From contig NC_007484.1 in NCBI RefSeq assembly GCF_000012805.1, positions 1,170,001-1,202,000 of the forward strand: a DNA stretch of 32,000 nt. Reading direction: 5' to 3'. Shown piece after piece: positions 8,390-17,028 of the stretch (positions are counted from its first letter, which is position 1; every line of letters starts with the position of its first letter). Below the pieces are notes generated by a model. It saw nothing but the letters and a program-made list of their open reading frames with translations. It was not told the DNA's origin and searched no databases. This DNA comes from Nitrosococcus oceani ATCC 19707. GTDB lineage: Bacteria > Pseudomonadota > Gammaproteobacteria > Nitrosococcales > Nitrosococcaceae. The position numbers were made by a program, and so were the translations under genes.

Positions 8390-9118
8390 TTTCCTTTTTA
8401 TAGTTATTCTAAATAACTTTGTGACATGAGGAGTTTTTCGATATTTTCTCCTGAGACCTGCCTTCATTTTTTGAGTAGAACAAAGGATGGTTCAAGGGGG
8501 TTGCCATCGGGTGAGTAGGTTGGGAGTGGAAGTAAGGTATGGCCGGCTTTCTCAAGAAGGGCTTTGATATCAGATTTTTTGTGAAACCGCGCCTTATCCA
8601 TCCCAATAACGCTTGGTTTTTTTAATTCTTTAAGCAAAAAATCCTTTAGCCACGTCTTAACCAAAGCTGTGTTGCAGGAGCCTTTGAATATAACCGATGC
8701 CAGCCCTTGTTCTCTGCGCTGGGCGATGATAACGTTCACCTCCTTGCGGTTGTTTCCCGCTACATCCCCCTACATTTTTTGGCCCCGTGGTGCCCATCCA
8801 TGGGGGCGATAGCTGTGTTTTTCAAAGCCCCTTTCATCAAAATAAACAATCTCTTCCTTACCGTGACTTTAAACATGGCGCTTTAATGCCACCTTATCCA
8901 GCTTTCGATGACCAGGCCCAGGCGGCTTAGGGTGTAAATCCTCACGCGTGCATCAGCGATATAGGGTGTGACAGGATATTTTGACTAGGCGCCTGGCTTC
9001 CACCAGCTTCGATAAAGCTCACCATATTTGTACGAAAGTCTAAAGAATATCTCATGGGTTCACTGTACCATGAGCGATTCTTATCTCAAATCACTATACT
9101 CCGCTTTGCTATAGAACT
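8390..9118 (-). mobile_element. degenerate IS630/Tc1-mariner-type insertion sequence (transposase pseudogene)
   Basis: Minus-strand pieces lie in different frames separated by stops. They read MRYSLDFRTNMVSFIEAGGSQA (ATG at 9055), VYFDERGFEKHSYRPHGWAPRGQKM*, then NVIIAQRREQGLASVIFKGSCNTALVKTWLKDFLL..VIGMDKARFHKKSDIKALLEKAGHTLLPLPTYSPDGNPLE (8464-8739), then KAGLRRKYRKTPHVTKLF. The order matches an IS630-family DDE transposase with an internal deletion. Ends not defined. Confidence 0.65.
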
Positions 9119-9120
9119 AG

Positions 9121-9999
9121 GGCGTGTCATCGGTTAAGCCAGATAACGATGGCTGCGAGGTGGATGCCGCCGAGGAAAGCGCATGCGCGTTTATCGTATC
9201 TGGTGGTGATGGCGCGGTATTGTTTGAGTTTAGCAAAGAGGTTTTCGATGAGATGGCGCCATTTATATATTTTCTCATCATATTCGCGCTGCCTGGTACG
9301 GTTTGATTTAGGTGGAATAACAGCTTCTATATCGGCTCCACCCAGCACGTCCAGCACACGTTCAGCGGCATCATAGGCTTTATCTGCCAAAAATTGTTTC
9401 ACCTTGTTTAAAATGTCCGGCAACAGGGCATCAGCGCCTTGCAGATCATGGGCCTGTCCAGGGGTCAGATGAAAGCCTGTGGGATTGCCCAGCGCATCGC
9501 ATGTTGCATGAATTTTTGTCGTTAATCCGCCTTTTGAGCGCCCGATGTATTCGGCTGTCCGCTCCCCCCCCTTTTTGCACCGGCACTGTGTTGGTGCGCC
9601 CGCACGATTGTGCTGTCTATGGCGGCATATTCACTATCGGCCTCGCTGGCCAGATGTGCGAAAACCCTTCGCCATACGCCACGTCTACTCCCACCCATGT
9701 GCCGTGTGTGAATAACCCGGAAATCGCCAACGCGCTCCGGCAAATCACGCCATGCAATACCTGCACAGTAGCGCTATAAAACCGCCTCCACAAACAAACG
9801 GTTGTCTTGAGCGGTTCCCCCAACGTGAGCTTCCCGGCCCGGCACAAATCCCCTGATCCGCTCCCCTTGATCATCACGGCAGCGCATAACCTCTTTTCGC
9901 CATTCATTAAGCCCCTCCTATGGCCTATTAATATTGAATCATAATCTCATCATAATTGTGAATCCAGAAAATGATTGTGCCAGTAGCTGATGACACACC
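9121..9999 (-). mobile_element. IS5-family insertion sequence (879 bp) with 4-bp CTAG target duplication
   Basis: The terminal inverted repeats are GGCGTGTCATC (9121-9131) and the reverse complement of 9989-9999, GGTGTGTCATC (10/11 match). CTAG sits directly outside both ends (9117-9120 and 10000-10003). The size and YTAR-type target fit small IS5-family members. Confidence 0.8.
9127..9887 (-). pseudogene. IS5-family DDE transposase, interrupted
   Basis: Minus-strand reading gives MRCRDDQGERIRGFVPGREAHVGGTAQDNRLFVEAVL*RYCAGIAWRDLPERVGDFRVIHTRH...IDSTIVRAHQHSAGAKRGG, with an in-frame TAG where related proteins have Tyr. After a -1 shift at the A5G8 run (plus strand C8T5 at 9564-9576) it continues ..IGRSKGGLTTKIHATCDALGNPTGFHLTPGQAHDLQGADALLPDILNK...FLADKAYDA...WRHLIENLFAKLKQYRAITTRYDKRA. 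Confidence 0.75.
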
Positions 10000-10118
10000 C
10001 TAGGTAAACATGACGAGGTCCTTTTCCCGTAACAAGGGTAGATAATGCCACAGTTACATACGTCAAAAATTGACTATGATTAATAGTGCAGAAGACTTTT
10101 GGGAAAGGATAGAAAAAA

Positions 10119-11105
10119 ATGCCGACTTCAAAACAGATTGTAGACCGCAGGGGTCGAAAGGCCCGTCATCCGGGGGAAATTCCCACTAAGGGATGGCGTG
10201 ATATTGCCTACCGGATTAAAGATTCTTTGGACGATGATAATATTTCTATCGTTGCAGCGGGGGTTGCTTTCTATGCTTTGCTGGCTATTTTTCCCGCTTT
10301 GGTGGCGATGGTTTCCATCTATGGAATAATAGCTGATCCCGCCGATGTTCAGCGCCAATTCGATGCCCTCAGTGGTATCTTGCCGACAGAAGCACAAGTG
10401 TTATTGAGTGAGCAATTGCGCCGGATTACCTCTCAAGCTTCAACAGCTTTGAGCGTGGGCGTGGGGGTAGGGGTGATTTTGGCCCTTTGGAGTGCCACCC
10501 GAGGCACGAAGGCGTTTATAATTGCTTTGAATATTGTGTATGGTGAAAAGGAAAAGCGCGGTTTTTTAAAATTAAACGCGATTGCCCTAATGCTGACTCT
10601 GGGTGCCATCGTGCTGGCTATTTTAGCCCTGGGCATGATCGTGGTTTTGCCGATTTTGCTTAGTTATCTTGATTTGCCCGAAATTTTTCAGGTCTTAGCC
10701 TCTCTTTTGCCCTGGTTGCTATTAGCGTTCACCTTTATATTGGGCCTGGCGGTGCTTTACCGTTACGGGCCTAGCCGGAGCGAGGCTCGGTGGCGGTGGG
10801 TAAGCTGGGGGGCAGTTGCCGCCACCGTACTTTGGATAGTTGGCTCCGCCTTGTTTTCGTTTTATGTCGCCAATTTCGCTCAATACAACAAAACCTACGG
10901 TTCAGTCGGCGCCCTTATTATTTTGCTCATGTGGTTTTTTGTAACGGCCTACATTATTTTGCTTGCCGCTGAATTCAATGCCGAAATGGAGCACCAAACA
11001 AAGGTTGATACGACTAGAGGGAAGCCTCAGCCGATGGGAGAACGCGGTGCCTACGTGGCCGATACCGTGGGTAAGCCTTACGGCGATGAAACCGGTGCCC
11101 CTTGA
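10119..11105 (+). CDS. YihY/BrkB (virulence factor BrkB / RNase BN-like) family membrane protein
   Basis: The N-terminal KGWRDIAYRIKDSLDDDNISIVAAGVAFYALLAIFPALVAMVSIYG is the family signature. Six predicted TM helices follow, with a hydrophilic tail. Confidence 0.8.
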   Translation: MPTSKQIVDRRGRKARHPGEIPTKGWRDIAYRIKDSLDDDNISIVAAGVAFYALLAIFPALVAMVSIYGIIADPADVQRQFDALSGILPTEAQVLLSEQLRRITSQASTALSVGVGVGVILALWSATRGTKAFIIALNIVYGEKEKRGFLKLNAIALMLTLGAIVLAILALGMIVVLPILLSYLDLPEIFQVLASLLPWLLLAFTFILGLAVLYRYGPSRSEARWRWVSWGAVAATVLWIVGSALFSFYVANFAQYNKTYGSVGALIILLMWFFVTAYIILLAAEFNAEMEHQTKVDTTRGKPQPMGERGAYVADTVGKPYGDETGAP

Positions 11106-11187
11106 AGTGGTTTTTGGCAAATAACCGGCTACCGCTGATAATAAAACGCTGGCCGGTAAAAATCTCTATAGCATACGGAGTAGACTC

Positions 11188-11481
11188 ATGAATACCTATA
11201 TGATTCGTCGCCGGAGCGCATGGAAAACAGCTTCAGAACTGGAGATGGCGGCTGACCGTTCAAAGCGGGTTGGCAATGAAGAAATGCCTGACCGGGTGCG
11301 TTGGATTCGGTCCTATGTCGTTGAAGAGGAGGACGGTCAACTCGGCACGGTATGTATCTACCAGGCTGTTGATACCGGCGCGCTTCGGGAACATGCGGAG
11401 CGCGCTGGTCTGCAAGCGGATGAAATCACCCCTATCGCCCAGACTGTGGTGGTTAGGAAAGATCCAGCAGAGGGGGGATGA
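11188..11481 (+). CDS. DUF4242-like small protein
   Basis: RBS GGAG lies upstream. The pattern MIRR....TASELE.......V..EM...V.WIRSYV.....G....CIYQA.D..ALREHAERAGL.ADEI resembles DUF4242 proteins as I recall them. Confidence 0.5.
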   Translation: MNTYMIRRRSAWKTASELEMAADRSKRVGNEEMPDRVRWIRSYVVEEEDGQLGTVCIYQAVDTGALREHAERAGLQADEITPIAQTVVVRKDPAEGG

Positions 11482-11508
11482 AGTGCCTTAACACATTAGC
11501 ACGGCCCT

Positions 11509-11531
11509 CCAGGGGTGCCCCGTGCCCCTGG
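11509..11531. terminator. hairpin between convergent genes (possible bidirectional terminator)
   Basis: CCAGGGG(11509-11515)-tgccccgtg-CCCCTGG(11525-11531). It is a GC-rich 7-bp stem followed by atattt on the plus strand. Confidence 0.35.
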
Positions 11532-11541
11532 ATATTTAGGC

Positions 11542-11886
11542 TTAGGCTTTTCTTTTCTTTTTTTCTTGTCGGATTCTGGGTAAGAAGCTTAGAAACAAAA
11601 AATAAACGAAGAGAGAGCCCATAATAATATGTAACGGAAGCCAGGGAATCTGTAGCACTTCTAGCGTGGCGTTCGCGTTTCTCAGGTCACCTTCTTTTAT
11701 AAAGGGGGTCAGCGTGACAAAAGCTTTAGTCAAGGCGGTATTCCAGATGCTTAGGCAGGCGTAGGTTATAAATGTAATAACCTGGAGTGAATTAAATAGC
11801 CGCTCGTATTTTTCAGGACGTTGATAGGCAAGATAGGTAATTCCTATAACCGCTATTACTATCGTGAGGTAAAATATTTTATCCAT
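11542..11886 (-). CDS. small integral membrane protein, last gene of the minus-strand cluster
   Basis: Three or four hydrophobic helices and a KKKRKA tail. It overlaps the GT gene stop by 8 nt, implying co-translation. Confidence 0.5.
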   Translation of the reverse strand: MDKIFYLTIVIAVIGITYLAYQRPEKYERLFNSLQVITFITYACLSIWNTALTKAFVTLTPFIKEGDLRNANATLEVLQIPWLPLHIIMGSLFVYFLFLSFLPRIRQEKKKRKA

Positions 11887-12955
11887 AGAATGTCTTAGGT
11901 GGTTCCTGTTTTTTAAAGATTGCCAAAAAATACTGAAATGTTATTTCCCAAGTCGGAAAAAAAGCTCCCACCGGGTTTTTTTGTGCTTGTTGCTTTAAAA
12001 GCAAAAGTTTTTTGGGATGATAAAGTAATTCTGCCAAGGTTGCCGCAAATTTTTTTCTATCCCCTCTTGGAATTAAAAACCCATTTTCTCCCTCTTTAAT
12101 CCACTGCTGGGTTTCCCCTACCTGGTAGGCTAAAACAGGGACACCCATAGCCGCCGCTTCAGCGATAGCCATGCCGTAGGACTCAAAACAGGAAGCTGAA
12201 ACCAATAAGTCAGCCCCACGTAATGAGGGGCCGATGAGTGAGTGGGGGATGCCATGGCATACATGAATCGACTTTTTTAACTCGCTATTTCTTAGTTTTC
12301 TTTTAAAGCGGTGATGAATGTCGGGCTCTCTATGTAAATCGCCAAACAGCCGCCACGTGCCTTTAAAGACGGGGTTTATTTGCTGTAAGTGGGATAAAAT
12401 TTCTAATTGTCCTTTACTACGGCTTAAGGTTCCTAACGTTATCAATCGGGGCCTGGAATCTTTTTTCCAGGGATCGGGCTGAGGCGTACCGGATTCAGTA
12501 AACTCAATCCCTGGCGGGCAATGACGGATAGGCCCCGCGTATAACGACTCGCTTTTTAAATAACTTGCCAAGGTGGGACCAGGGACGATTACTGTATCCG
12601 CTAGGGCGAGTAACGCATGTTCTTTTTTTTGCAAGGTTTTTCGTTCCGCTGAGGAAAGGAAGGGGTCCATGCAAGGCAGAAAGTGGAGCAAGAAATAGAG
12701 ATAAGTCGGGTGATTCCGGCTGCTGAGGGCGCAGCTTAGACGGGCAGGATTGAGGGTGGTTAGGTAAAGGCTGTCCAGGACAATATGGGCTGGCGACGCA
12801 GAGGGTAGGGTTAGAATTTTTTCAGGTACTTGCTGGGAGAGAGCATAAATGCCGGCGCCAGTGCCAGTAGTAGTAAGACCTTTCCGCAGCATTTCGTTGA
12901 CCCGGAACCCTCCTGAAATTTGGGCCTTGGGCGCTGGCGCCAGCAGGTAAATCAT
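11879..12955 (-). CDS. GT-B glycosyltransferase (GT4 / group 1)
   Basis: The C-terminal half carries ADLLVSASCFESYGMAIAEAAAMGVPVLAYQVGETQQWIKEGENGFLI, the E-x7-E donor-binding motif region of group 1 glycosyltransferases. Confidence 0.8.
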   Translation of the reverse strand: MIYLLAPAPKAQISGGFRVNEMLRKGLTTTGTGAGIYALSQQVPEKILTLPSASPAHIVLDSLYLTTLNPARLSCALSSRNHPTYLYFLLHFLPCMDPFLSSAERKTLQKKEHALLALADTVIVPGPTLASYLKSESLYAGPIRHCPPGIEFTESGTPQPDPWKKDSRPRLITLGTLSRSKGQLEILSHLQQINPVFKGTWRLFGDLHREPDIHHRFKRKLRNSELKKSIHVCHGIPHSLIGPSLRGADLLVSASCFESYGMAIAEAAAMGVPVLAYQVGETQQWIKEGENGFLIPRGDRKKFAATLAELLYHPKKLLLLKQQAQKNPVGAFFPTWEITFQYFLAIFKKQEPPKTFYG

Positions 12956-12958
12956 GGC

Positions 12959-13339
12959 TCAAGAGACCGGTCCTTCATAGGAGCCCCAAGCCACGTGGCT
13001 TTCTTCCAAGGTGATTTTGAGCTTTCCCTGGAAGGTGGCGCGGACTCGTTTGGCGAGTTGGCCATGAATATAGTGGGCCAAATATTCGGTTGTGGTATTG
13101 GCGCCACGGAATGACTGTTCTTCATCTAGATTTTTGTAATTAAGCAAGGCGAGGACTGCTTGCAGGGCCTTAAGGGCTAGGCCAATGTCAATCACTATGC
13201 CATCCTGGTCCAGTTTCTCAGTATGAAACTCGGCGATCACATTGTAAGTGGCCCCATGAAGTCCCTGGGCAGGACCAAACACCTCTCCTTGTAGGCTATG
13301 GGCAATCATAAAATGGTCTTTGACGGCAAGGGTATACAT
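12959..13339 (-). CDS. divergent 6-pyruvoyl-tetrahydropterin synthase / QueD-fold protein
   Basis: FMIAHSL......GPAQGLHGATYNV...D.DGIVIDIGL..A..A.L..LNYKNLDE follows the PTPS/QueD (COG0720) layout. Several catalytic positions appear substituted (see findings). Confidence 0.65.
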   Translation of the reverse strand: MYTLAVKDHFMIAHSLQGEVFGPAQGLHGATYNVIAEFHTEKLDQDGIVIDIGLALKALQAVLALLNYKNLDEEQSFRGANTTTEYLAHYIHGQLAKRVRATFQGKLKITLEESHVAWGSYEGPVS

Positions 13340-13344
13340 AACAT

Positions 13345-14376
13345 TTAGGCTTTGTGGAGTCGAGGATGAAAGGGTGGATAGGTCACGGCAAAGGAAAAGT
13401 CGACCGGATTTTTATGGTAGAGTTCCTGCATAAAAAGAGGCAGGCTCTCAAAGGTGATCGCTGGGGCAATAAGAGCATCAAGTAAGGGGCTTTGCAAATA
13501 ATTCAGGGTCTGCTCTAAACGCTGCTGGTGGCTCGTATGTTCCCGCTTGGGTTTGGCAATCGTGCTGACTTGGGAAGAGAGAATCTGTTTCCTTTGGAAG
13601 TGAAAAGATCCGCCCAGGTTAAGGGTGACTGGCTGATGAGCCAACCAGCTCACCTCAATGACTTTTCCTTCAAACCCCACGCTATCCAAGGCTGTTTGCA
13701 GTCCTGCTCCTTGTCCCGAGGCATGAAAACAGAGGGAAAATACCCCCTGGGGGGCCTCCTGGACTTCAAGGACAGTAAGTCCCCATCCTAGTTTTTCAAT
13801 GAGTTGCCGACGCTGCGGATCGCGCTCAATGATAATAGGGAAGGCATCCCAGGCGGTTTTGAGCAAAAAGGCGATAAGCAAGCCCACAATGCCGCCACCG
13901 ACGATGGCTACCGGCGCTGGCGCCTGGTATTCGCTGTCCCAAATGGCGTTCAGGGCGGTTTCCAGGTTAGGAAGCAGCGTAGCCCGTAGAGGGGGTATAT
14001 CCTGAGGGAGGGGTAATAGTTGCTTATTGGGGACAATTGCGTAATCTTGGTGGGGATGCATGGTAAAGACGAGCTGGTCAGCGTAGGGGCCATTAATAGC
14101 CTGGCCTAGGAGGCAATATCCGTATTTGACTGGCAGCTTGAATGATCCCCCCATAGCAGGGCAAGCCATGGCTTGCTGGCATTCCGCGGGTACCTTCCCC
14201 AATCCGACCAATCGCTCTGTCCCAGGGCTGATTCCAGTTAGCCAGGTTTCAAGGAGGCTATAACCCACTGGTACCGGCACAGAGAGCGTTTCCTGGCGAA
14301 TGGCGCCTTTCCCGGACGCTTCCACCCAATAAGCCCGGGCAATAGATGGGACTAAGCGTGGTGGCGGGGTAGACAT
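13345..14376 (-). CDS. MDR-superfamily (zinc-type alcohol dehydrogenase-like) oxidoreductase
   Basis: About 340 aa. The central Rossmann motif is PVAIVGGGIVGLLIAFLLK, with a GroES-like N-terminal half. The ATG at 14376 is the only start in the N-terminal region. Confidence 0.65.
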   Translation of the reverse strand: MSTPPPRLVPSIARAYWVEASGKGAIRQETLSVPVPVGYSLLETWLTGISPGTERLVGLGKVPAECQQAMACPAMGGSFKLPVKYGYCLLGQAINGPYADQLVFTMHPHQDYAIVPNKQLLPLPQDIPPLRATLLPNLETALNAIWDSEYQAPAPVAIVGGGIVGLLIAFLLKTAWDAFPIIIERDPQRRQLIEKLGWGLTVLEVQEAPQGVFSLCFHASGQGAGLQTALDSVGFEGKVIEVSWLAHQPVTLNLGGSFHFQRKQILSSQVSTIAKPKREHTSHQQRLEQTLNYLQSPLLDALIAPAITFESLPLFMQELYHKNPVDFSFAVTYPPFHPRLHKA

Positions 14377-15452
14377 TCCAGCAATATTTCCTTATCAAGG
14401 CAGAAGTGAGTCATATGAAAATAGGTTCCCTCCTGGATACGGGCAACTGGAGGGAGCTGGAAGGAAGGTAAGCCAGAACCCAGCAGAAGCGGTGCAATAT
14501 GGAGGTGAAGCAAATCCGTTTGTCCTCCCGCCAGAAAAAAAGAGAGGGTTTTGCCCCCACCTTCCACGAAGACGGAGCGTATTCCCAGAGACCAAATTGT
14601 TTCTAATACGGCTTTTAAATCCATAAGTTTGCCGTTTTTCTCTCCCGCTTGATTTCTTACTCCCAGGGGGATGACTTTTTCGGGAATGGCATGGTGTGTT
14701 TCTATTTTATTTAGGCTATCTGAATGGAGCAACCAATTATGACCCGGTTCCTGGAAAATTCGGTAGGGCTTTTCTCCAGTCAGTAAATGGCATTGACGGT
14801 CAAGAATTACCCGTTTAGGATTTTCCCCCGGAACCTCGCGTACCGTGAGGCGGGGATTATCTTTTTCTACTGTGCCCCGGCCCACCAACACGGCATCATG
14901 AAGGGCCCGGAGACGATGGGCGTGTTTGCGATCGGCATAGTTACTGATCCACTGGGAGTGACCACTTGCAGCAGCGATTTTACCGTCCAAGGTTTGTGCC
15001 AGGTGAGCACTAATCCATGGTAGGCGTTTTTGGGATGCGATATGATGGCCGGCGAGGCAGGGCAAATAAAGACGAAAAGCGGTGAGCAAATGGCTGGGCA
15101 GCCTGGGGCCGCGGGAATGAATCCAAGGCGAGGCGCCGAGAGATAGCGCTGAAGGATCAAAAGCTAGCAGTGTGGGAATATGGACAATAGCTACCTCGTT
15201 TATATGAGGATAAGGCGGCTTGGGCGTGGAGAAATAAACGATAATAAGCGCTTTGGGCGCGGTTTTTACTATTATGTCCAGACTAGCCGTAAAGCGCCAT
15301 CGAGACGGTTGCTGTTCCGTCTCAAAAGGATAGAAGAAAACATAGGGAACCTCCGGCGCGGTGCTATGGTTTTGGCGCCAACGTTTAAAATCAAGCAGAC
15401 TCTCCCAGATTTGATTAACTGAAGAGTCAAGTATGGCACATTCCATAAGCAC
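14352..15452 (-). CDS. RibD C-terminal (pyrimidine reductase / DHFR-like) domain protein with ~150-aa unknown N-terminal extension
   Basis: PWISAHLAQTLDGKIAAASGHSQWISNYADRKHAHRLRALHDAVLVGRGTVEKDNPRLTVR...RVILD...IRSVFVEGGGKTLSFFLAGGQTDLLHLHIAPLLLGSG is the RibD_C pattern. The first ~150 aa are unrecognised. Confidence 0.75.
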   Translation of the reverse strand: MLMECAILDSSVNQIWESLLDFKRWRQNHSTAPEVPYVFFYPFETEQQPSRWRFTASLDIIVKTAPKALIIVYFSTPKPPYPHINEVAIVHIPTLLAFDPSALSLGASPWIHSRGPRLPSHLLTAFRLYLPCLAGHHIASQKRLPWISAHLAQTLDGKIAAASGHSQWISNYADRKHAHRLRALHDAVLVGRGTVEKDNPRLTVREVPGENPKRVILDRQCHLLTGEKPYRIFQEPGHNWLLHSDSLNKIETHHAIPEKVIPLGVRNQAGEKNGKLMDLKAVLETIWSLGIRSVFVEGGGKTLSFFLAGGQTDLLHLHIAPLLLGSGLPSFQLPPVARIQEGTYFHMTHFCLDKEILLECLPRHHA

Positions 15453-15497
15453 TAAATTGCTCTATTCCTTAACGATTGGCACTGAACGCGAATTTTT

Positions 15498-16238
15498 ATG
15501 GCTGAAGGTTACCACAACCACATTTTCCGGCAACAATACCGCAGGCTCCTGATTTTTCAATCATTAATTTCTGTTTTATTGCTGGCGGCTAGTGCATTTT
15601 ATCTACAAAAGGTTCCCGCTGGCTATGCTTTTGTCATTTCCGTTGCCGTCTTTTGGCTTCTGGGCAGCCACGGTTTCCTGATCTATTTCCTCCGTGCTTG
15701 GCGAACGCCTGCGGATTGGGCGACGCTGCTGCGGTTTTTTTTAGCAATCGCAGGCTTGTTGATAGCCATTTTTGGGGGGGCGCTGCTATGGATTCTGGTC
15801 ATGACGAGCCTGGCTTCCCTGGGCGATTGGCTGGATGGCTGGCTGGCTGACCGCTACGGCGGAACTTCTCAGGGGGCAATCCTGGATGCTGAAACCGATC
15901 AAACGCTGATTTTTATGCTCGCGGTATTAGGGGCTAGCGTGGGAGGTTTGGCCTTGTGGGTGCTTTTATTTCCTGCTTATCGCTATGGGTATATCTTATT
16001 GTTGGAAATTTTTGCGATTCCTGCGGATGATCCGAAGCCCAAGGCCGGAGATAATTTTCGGGGCCGGATTGCCTGTGCGACCATCCAGGTGGCTTTGTTA
16101 GCTAATCTGTTGCCCTCTTTGGCTTTGCCGGTAAAAACTCTATTCAGTGCTTTAGCGCTTGGTTTTCTGACCTATTCTTTCGCTGATGATCTTTTTTATC
16201 AGTTCAAGGCGCGCTTTGCCTCTTTTCTTCGTTTCTAG
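15498..16238 (+). CDS. CDP-alcohol phosphatidyltransferase family membrane protein
   Basis: GDWLDGWLADRYGGTSQGAILDAETDQ matches D-x2-D-G-x2-A-(R)-x7-8-G-x3-D-x3-D, except that Asp replaces the usual Arg, with Arg one position later. Six hydrophobic helices. Confidence 0.75.
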   Translation: MAEGYHNHIFRQQYRRLLIFQSLISVLLLAASAFYLQKVPAGYAFVISVAVFWLLGSHGFLIYFLRAWRTPADWATLLRFFLAIAGLLIAIFGGALLWILVMTSLASLGDWLDGWLADRYGGTSQGAILDAETDQTLIFMLAVLGASVGGLALWVLLFPAYRYGYILLLEIFAIPADDPKPKAGDNFRGRIACATIQVALLANLLPSLALPVKTLFSALALGFLTYSFADDLFYQFKARFASFLRF

Positions 16239-16257
16239 AAGGTTTGATGTCAGGATC

Positions 16258-16920
16258 ATGTCTGCTTTCGAGCTAATTATATTAGGTGCTTATGGGTTAA
16301 TGGTGGTTGAATTAGTTTTTTTGCCAGTGCCCAGTGAAGCTTCCACTTACCAACTGTTAGCCTCCAAGCCCCAGGGGCAATGCCTTTCAGGGGGGCTGCG
16401 TCAGGCCCATCAGGCTTCGTTAGGGCGCAAGTTATTGATTTTTTTATTGCCTACGGGGCTGATTCTAATTGCTTTTTTGCTCCCCTTGGGACAAATATTT
16501 TTCCCCCAGCTAAAGAATTATTTATGGCCTATCTCTATTTTTGAAATTCCTTTATTTCGGTGGGTAGCGATAGGCTTGATTATTTCAGGATCGGTTTTCA
16601 CTTTGATAAGCGTACTGGAAATGCGTGGGGGGATGACTAAAAATCCTTTCAGAAAAATAGGATCGGAGTTACAGTTTCAAGGACCATTCCGATGGTCCCG
16701 CAATCCAGGCTTAGTGGGGAATTACGGACTATTTCTTGGACTATTCTTTTATTTCCCTAGCCTGGTGATGGCTTTGGGCATGGGGGTTTATCTTTTGAGT
16801 ATGCATCATCGTATTTTGCTAGAGGAAAGTCAGTTAGAGGTTCGGTTTGGTGAGACTTACCGTGCTTATCAGCGCCGCGTGCCCCGCTATTTAGGTTTTC
16901 GCCAGTCGGTAATTAAATGA
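16258..16920 (+). CDS. ICMT/PEMT-like membrane methyltransferase
   Basis: The C-terminal GPFRWSRNPGLVGNYGLFLGLFF......HHRILLEESQLEVRFGETYRAYQRRVPRYL is the isoprenylcysteine carboxyl / phospholipid methyltransferase signature. I prefer ATG 16258 over ATG 16186, which overlaps the upstream gene. Confidence 0.7.
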   Translation: MSAFELIILGAYGLMVVELVFLPVPSEASTYQLLASKPQGQCLSGGLRQAHQASLGRKLLIFLLPTGLILIAFLLPLGQIFFPQLKNYLWPISIFEIPLFRWVAIGLIISGSVFTLISVLEMRGGMTKNPFRKIGSELQFQGPFRWSRNPGLVGNYGLFLGLFFYFPSLVMALGMGVYLLSMHHRILLEESQLEVRFGETYRAYQRRVPRYLGFRQSVIK

Positions 16921-17028
16921 TTGATAAGGTTTTTTGTGATTGGGTGCAGCCATAGGCGGGCTGAAGTGGTTTTTGCTAAGATAAATCCTTTCTTTTACAT
17001 AATCAGAATAAAAAAATTGGAAAATTTT

